From: Octopus vulgaris
Taxonomy: Eukaryota
NCBI GenBank assembly: GCA_951406725.2
Contig: OX597835.1
Location: forward strand, 34,348,001-34,412,000
Direction of reading: 5' to 3'
DNA: 64,000 nt
Shown: positions 59,511 through 64,000 of the stretch, one piece after another
Numbering within the stretch: position 1 is the stretch's first letter
Layout of the letters: every line of letters begins with the position of its first letter
Position numbers and translations under genes: made by a program
Notes under the pieces: generated by a model
What the model was told of the DNA's origin: nothing
The model's database searches: none
What the model saw: only the letters and a program-made list of their open reading frames with translations

Positions 59511-61919
59511 TTTCCCCTACGACCAGTTGTACCGCCACCGACACTCCATCATCAACACCACCATCGCCACCACTATTACTAACACGTATAAAACTTATCA
59601 TGCCGTCTGTCTTTCCTCGTTTGTGCGTTATCAGTGTGTGTGTGTGTGTGTCATTTTTCTTGTTTTTTTTTTTTTCTTTGGCCCCCTAGGACTCATAAGT
59701 CAAGTTACCCGGTTTCCGCGACGCATACGTGACCGAGGTCACATTCGCCCTAAACTGGACGCCGGTTTGTTGCAAGAGTTGAAAAAAAAACCAGCAACTT
59801 TCTCTGTGTTTTTACCCCCACTTTTTTTTGAGGGAAGGGGGACAAGTTGATTACACCGACTCATAGTACTTAACGAGTATTTTATTTTAGCGACCTTGAA
59901 GGGATGAAGTGCAAAATTTGACTTCGGCAGGATTTGAACTAAGAAGGTAAAGAGCCGAAAGAAATGCCACTAAGCGTTTTATCTAATTAGCCAAAGATTC
60001 TACCATCTTGTTGCCTAGTATAAACAGGAACCCAGATTTATTCAGATTTGAAGTTTAATGTGTAATGGTTTTGATATTGCAGCGGATTTTAGCGACGAAA
60101 ATATTTTGACAAATTAAACTTAAATGTTGAAGTGAATCGAACGGCTTTTGTGTGTTTCTTACAAACACCTTCCACGCTGCAATTGTTTTCGTTTCAGCAC
60201 ACGATCTCAGATCAAATCACTTGCTATGCGAGTACATCTCCGGTTTTGATATTGATATTCAACATGGCTGCTCCGTCTTGGAGAACCTGAAACATGGATC
60301 TAGTTAGCTTTTCATTCGCAAAATGACACCACCACCCCACTCCTGTAATTTTCCTCAGATTGCTTTCAGTTTTGGTGTATCGATGCAACTCTGAATTTTG
60401 ATTACAATCAACCAATTACTTTATCACGTAAATTTAAGAATCCGATGTTATTTGGAATTAAAGTTCGGAAATTTGGATAATTTTAGCCAATCAACAGACA
60501 GCGAGGCATTAACAACTTGTTACCATGACGACCGCACGTTATGTTATGTTTCACTTCCCCAGCATGTTGTGTTGATTCTTCACACCACGAGATTTACTTC
60601 ACCCGCGTGTTTTGTTTTAATAAAAATTTGTATTTATCAATTAGAATTTTATTTTAGATATTTTTCGTCAATTGTCTTAAGATTTTACATATTTTTCATA
60701 TACAGCAAAATTTCTTTGCGATGTTTATACAGATTCTTGGCATTATGAAGGTGAATGGAATATATGAACTTAGTACACAACCGCACACCTACGCTTCAAG
60801 CATCGGTGACTCATTGACTCAGTATTGCCAAGCTTCAGGGACTCATTGACTCAGCTGGATTTATGATTTCGCTAGGCTAATTCTATTCATAAACATTTAA
60901 ATTAATAGTATTTCTTAAAACCTTAGCTTCACATTTCAACAGGTTAACTGAAATTTAGCCCACGTAACAAGAACTGAGAGAGATATCGTGGAACAGAGAA
61001 ACTGTGGGTGATACAGATAATTTGACATTATTTTTGAATTCTGTATGCAAAAACATATAAGATACAGGTATTTTTTTTCTTGGGGCAAATTCTTTGTTGA
61101 CCAGTGTTATTCTTATCGTAGTTTACAAATCCAAGCATGAAAACGTTACTCAACTTTGAAGTTTTGGAGACAGACACATACACGCGCGTGCGCACACACA
61201 CATGCACTTATATATTAATGATGTTCACAAATCGATACGAATTTAATCATTAAACGAATAAAGCGATAAACGTCGCCCTTTTCAAGCCTAGCCAGGCTCA
61301 TGGGCCCGGTTTCTATGGCGTATGTGTTCCCCCCAGCTGGACGGGACGCCAGTGCATCGCAGCGTTACTCATGAAACAGGAAGAGAGAGTGAGAGAAAGT
61401 TGTGGCGAAAGAGTACAACAGGGGTCGCCACCACCACTGCCGGAGCCTCGTGGAGCTTTTAGGTGTTTTCGCTCAATAAACACACACAACGCCCTATCTG
61501 GGAATCGAAACCGCGATCCTCCGACCACTTGTCCGCTGCCCTAACCACTGCGCCATTGCGCCTCCACCGCTAAACGAATGCAAACACAAAAACATTAGAT
61601 TGTAAAAATTACCGAAAGTGTTGCAAAAGAACCCTCCAATTAATCGTATGAAAATTGTGACATGATTTTCTGTCTGACCTAATTAATATTTCATTTCACT
61701 TATATTCTGAGGTCGTTTATGAAAGCTTTTTTTACTTTCATACATACCATGTCATTCTCACTAAAAATCTCAGGCCATTGTGCTAACTCAGAAGGAAATG
61801 TATATTTGTATATACCTCTTTACTGGTATGTCGCGCAATATTTGTATAGAAATCCGGTAAGACTGGTTCACAAGATTGAACGCAATATCGAGGAACACAA
61901 TAAACACGCGCACAATATA

Positions 61920-61976
<57 letters not shown>

Positions 61977-62900
61977 GTATATGTGTACATATATATGTCT
62001 GTGTGTGTGTGTACGTATGCATGCATACATACAAACACACACGCAGACATAGACATATCCATGAGTGTATATAGCTGTATTCGTCTATGTTGTTCATACA
62101 CACGCCACCACCCACACTGAGTTATTTCCTTTTTTTTTTTTTTTTCTTTTGTTTAACTAATACAAATTAGTCAGAGTCTAAGTCCATTGACCACTAGAGA
62201 TAACGTCGGAGAGCTGTCGTGCTGATGACGGCTATTGAGACAGAAACACGAGCAAACGCTTAATCCTTGAGATTATCTCCCTTTCTCATATTGATTTGAT
62301 CCTAATCACCAATTTGTAATTCTATTACATTCTCTAGAGGAGGAAATAATACTGATTTCAAATTTTGGCACGAGGCCAGCAATTTTGGGAGAGGGCTTAA
62401 GTCCATTATATCTACCCCACTACTTAACTGGCACATATTTTTATCGACCCCGAAAGGATGAAAAGCAAAGTTGAAATCGGCAGAATTTGAACCCAGAACG
62501 TAAAGACGGGTGAAAAACCGCCAAGCATTTTGTCCGGAATGCTAACAATTCTGTCAGCTCGCCATCTTTAAAGAGACGGAAACTATATAAATAAATAAAA
62601 AAAACATTACGTTGTTTGGTATTTAATATACCTGTATTTCTTTCTTTTTATGTTAAAGAAAATTTAAGCCTCACAAAATATCAATGACTGAACAATTTTT
62701 AATATCGCCATTTTTATGTGTGTGACAGAGGAAAGAGATGATAGAGTTTCAAACAGGATTGTTGGCACCAGTCACCGGGTAATTGTATATATTTACGTGT
62801 GTGTATGTAAACTTTCCCTTCTTTCAAGAGTTATACTAATAACACCTTTGTTAAAACTTATATATATATCCAAATATTATGTGCATACGCGCACACATAG

Positions 62901-62985
<85 letters not shown>

Positions 62986-63057
62986 AATAAAATATATGCA
63001 TATATATAAACATATATGTACGTACCTACCTCTACATGTACATATACACGCATATAT

Positions 63058-63558
63058 GTGTACAGGACACCAAAAGGACGTCGAACACATAGAGAGACGA
63101 AAAACATAGACACAAACCAAGGAACAAGACAAGCAAAAAAAGGAGATACAGGACAATAAGCACAACGAAAAATCCCCTTCTTCAGTCGCTAAAGTTTCAT
63201 CTACTAAACGTTTCGAAGGATAAAAGCGAGACGTATACTTCGAATGAAAAATTCCTTCCTGCGAAAAGCAAATCAATTAAAAAACTGAGATCTTGTCGCA
63301 GAGGGGTAAAAAAAAGCAAGACGGTAACGACAGTACAAACATATAAACAGTAAAAAATATATATATAAACAGTGGAAAAATAAATATATAACAGTGAGAG
63401 ACAGGACAAGGAGAACAAGATAAGAAGGGCTGTTAACGCCAGACGAAAAAAGTATTGCAAACGCTGGATTATAGTGGACGACGAGAGAGGAAGATGTCGA
63501 CCAGTGGCCTTAGAAGGCAGGTGAGAAAAGACGGGATAGCAGTTACGACGGAAGTACG

Positions 63559-63560
<2 letters not shown>
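63058..63560 (-). mobile_element. Probable PLE-derived 3' UTR/pseudo-LTR fragment next to (TA)n
   Basis: Pyrimidine-rich minus strand with CGAAACGTTT and CTGAAGAAG half-motifs; 3' end gtcctgtacacat resembles that of the insert at 23624-23725. Confidence 0.45.
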
Positions 63561-63621
<61 letters not shown>

Positions 63622-64000
63622 CATTGATAGTTATATGCATATACAAACACACACATCAGGTATGAGATGTCATTTTAGTCCCAGGAATAATTGGAACGCC
63701 ATACGCTTCTCTATTCATTGAATTCCTTTAAAGGCGGACATTTTATTGAGTATAATAAACGTGTGTGTGTGTGAGTGCATACACTTGACGGTGTGTCAAC
63801 GGCATCAAAAGGGAGGCCTTTTCTTTTTAAGAAGTCGTCTTTTCCACCCTTTGAAAAGAGAAGCGTTGCAATAAATTATAAATGAATACTCACGCCACAC
63901 AAACACGCGCGCGCGCGTGCACACACATACACACACACACTCACATTCACACACACACACACACACATATGCATTCGTTAACATATATATGCACTTAGAA

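Overview
AT-rich, microsatellite-saturated eukaryotic DNA. The SINE, LINE and microsatellite inventory resembles an octopod cephalopod genome (inference; no database search was possible). No confident host protein-coding exon is visible, and most listed ORFs are microsatellite artefacts. The window is a dense record of transposable elements: a 5'-truncated Penelope-like element (PLE; RT plus C-terminal GIY-YIG, Naiad-like cysteine motifs) with an inverted pseudo-LTR carrying a hammerhead ribozyme motif, CR1/L2-group, RTE and RLE-type LINE fragments, two related solo-LTR-like elements, Helitron pieces, Tc1/mariner (including DD37D), pogo/Tigger and hAT MITEs, at least three tRNA-type SINE families, a truncated tRNA-Leu copy and an inverted pair of 107-bp tandem arrays. 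The most interesting signal is a set of short non-coding elements, unrelated in sequence, sitting in (TA)n tracts. They share a fold-back-plus-tail architecture and/or minimal hammerhead motifs with palindromic stem III, mirroring the large PLE, and three carry the same unusual U4-to-C core change. Coordinates were counted by hand and may be off by a few bases.
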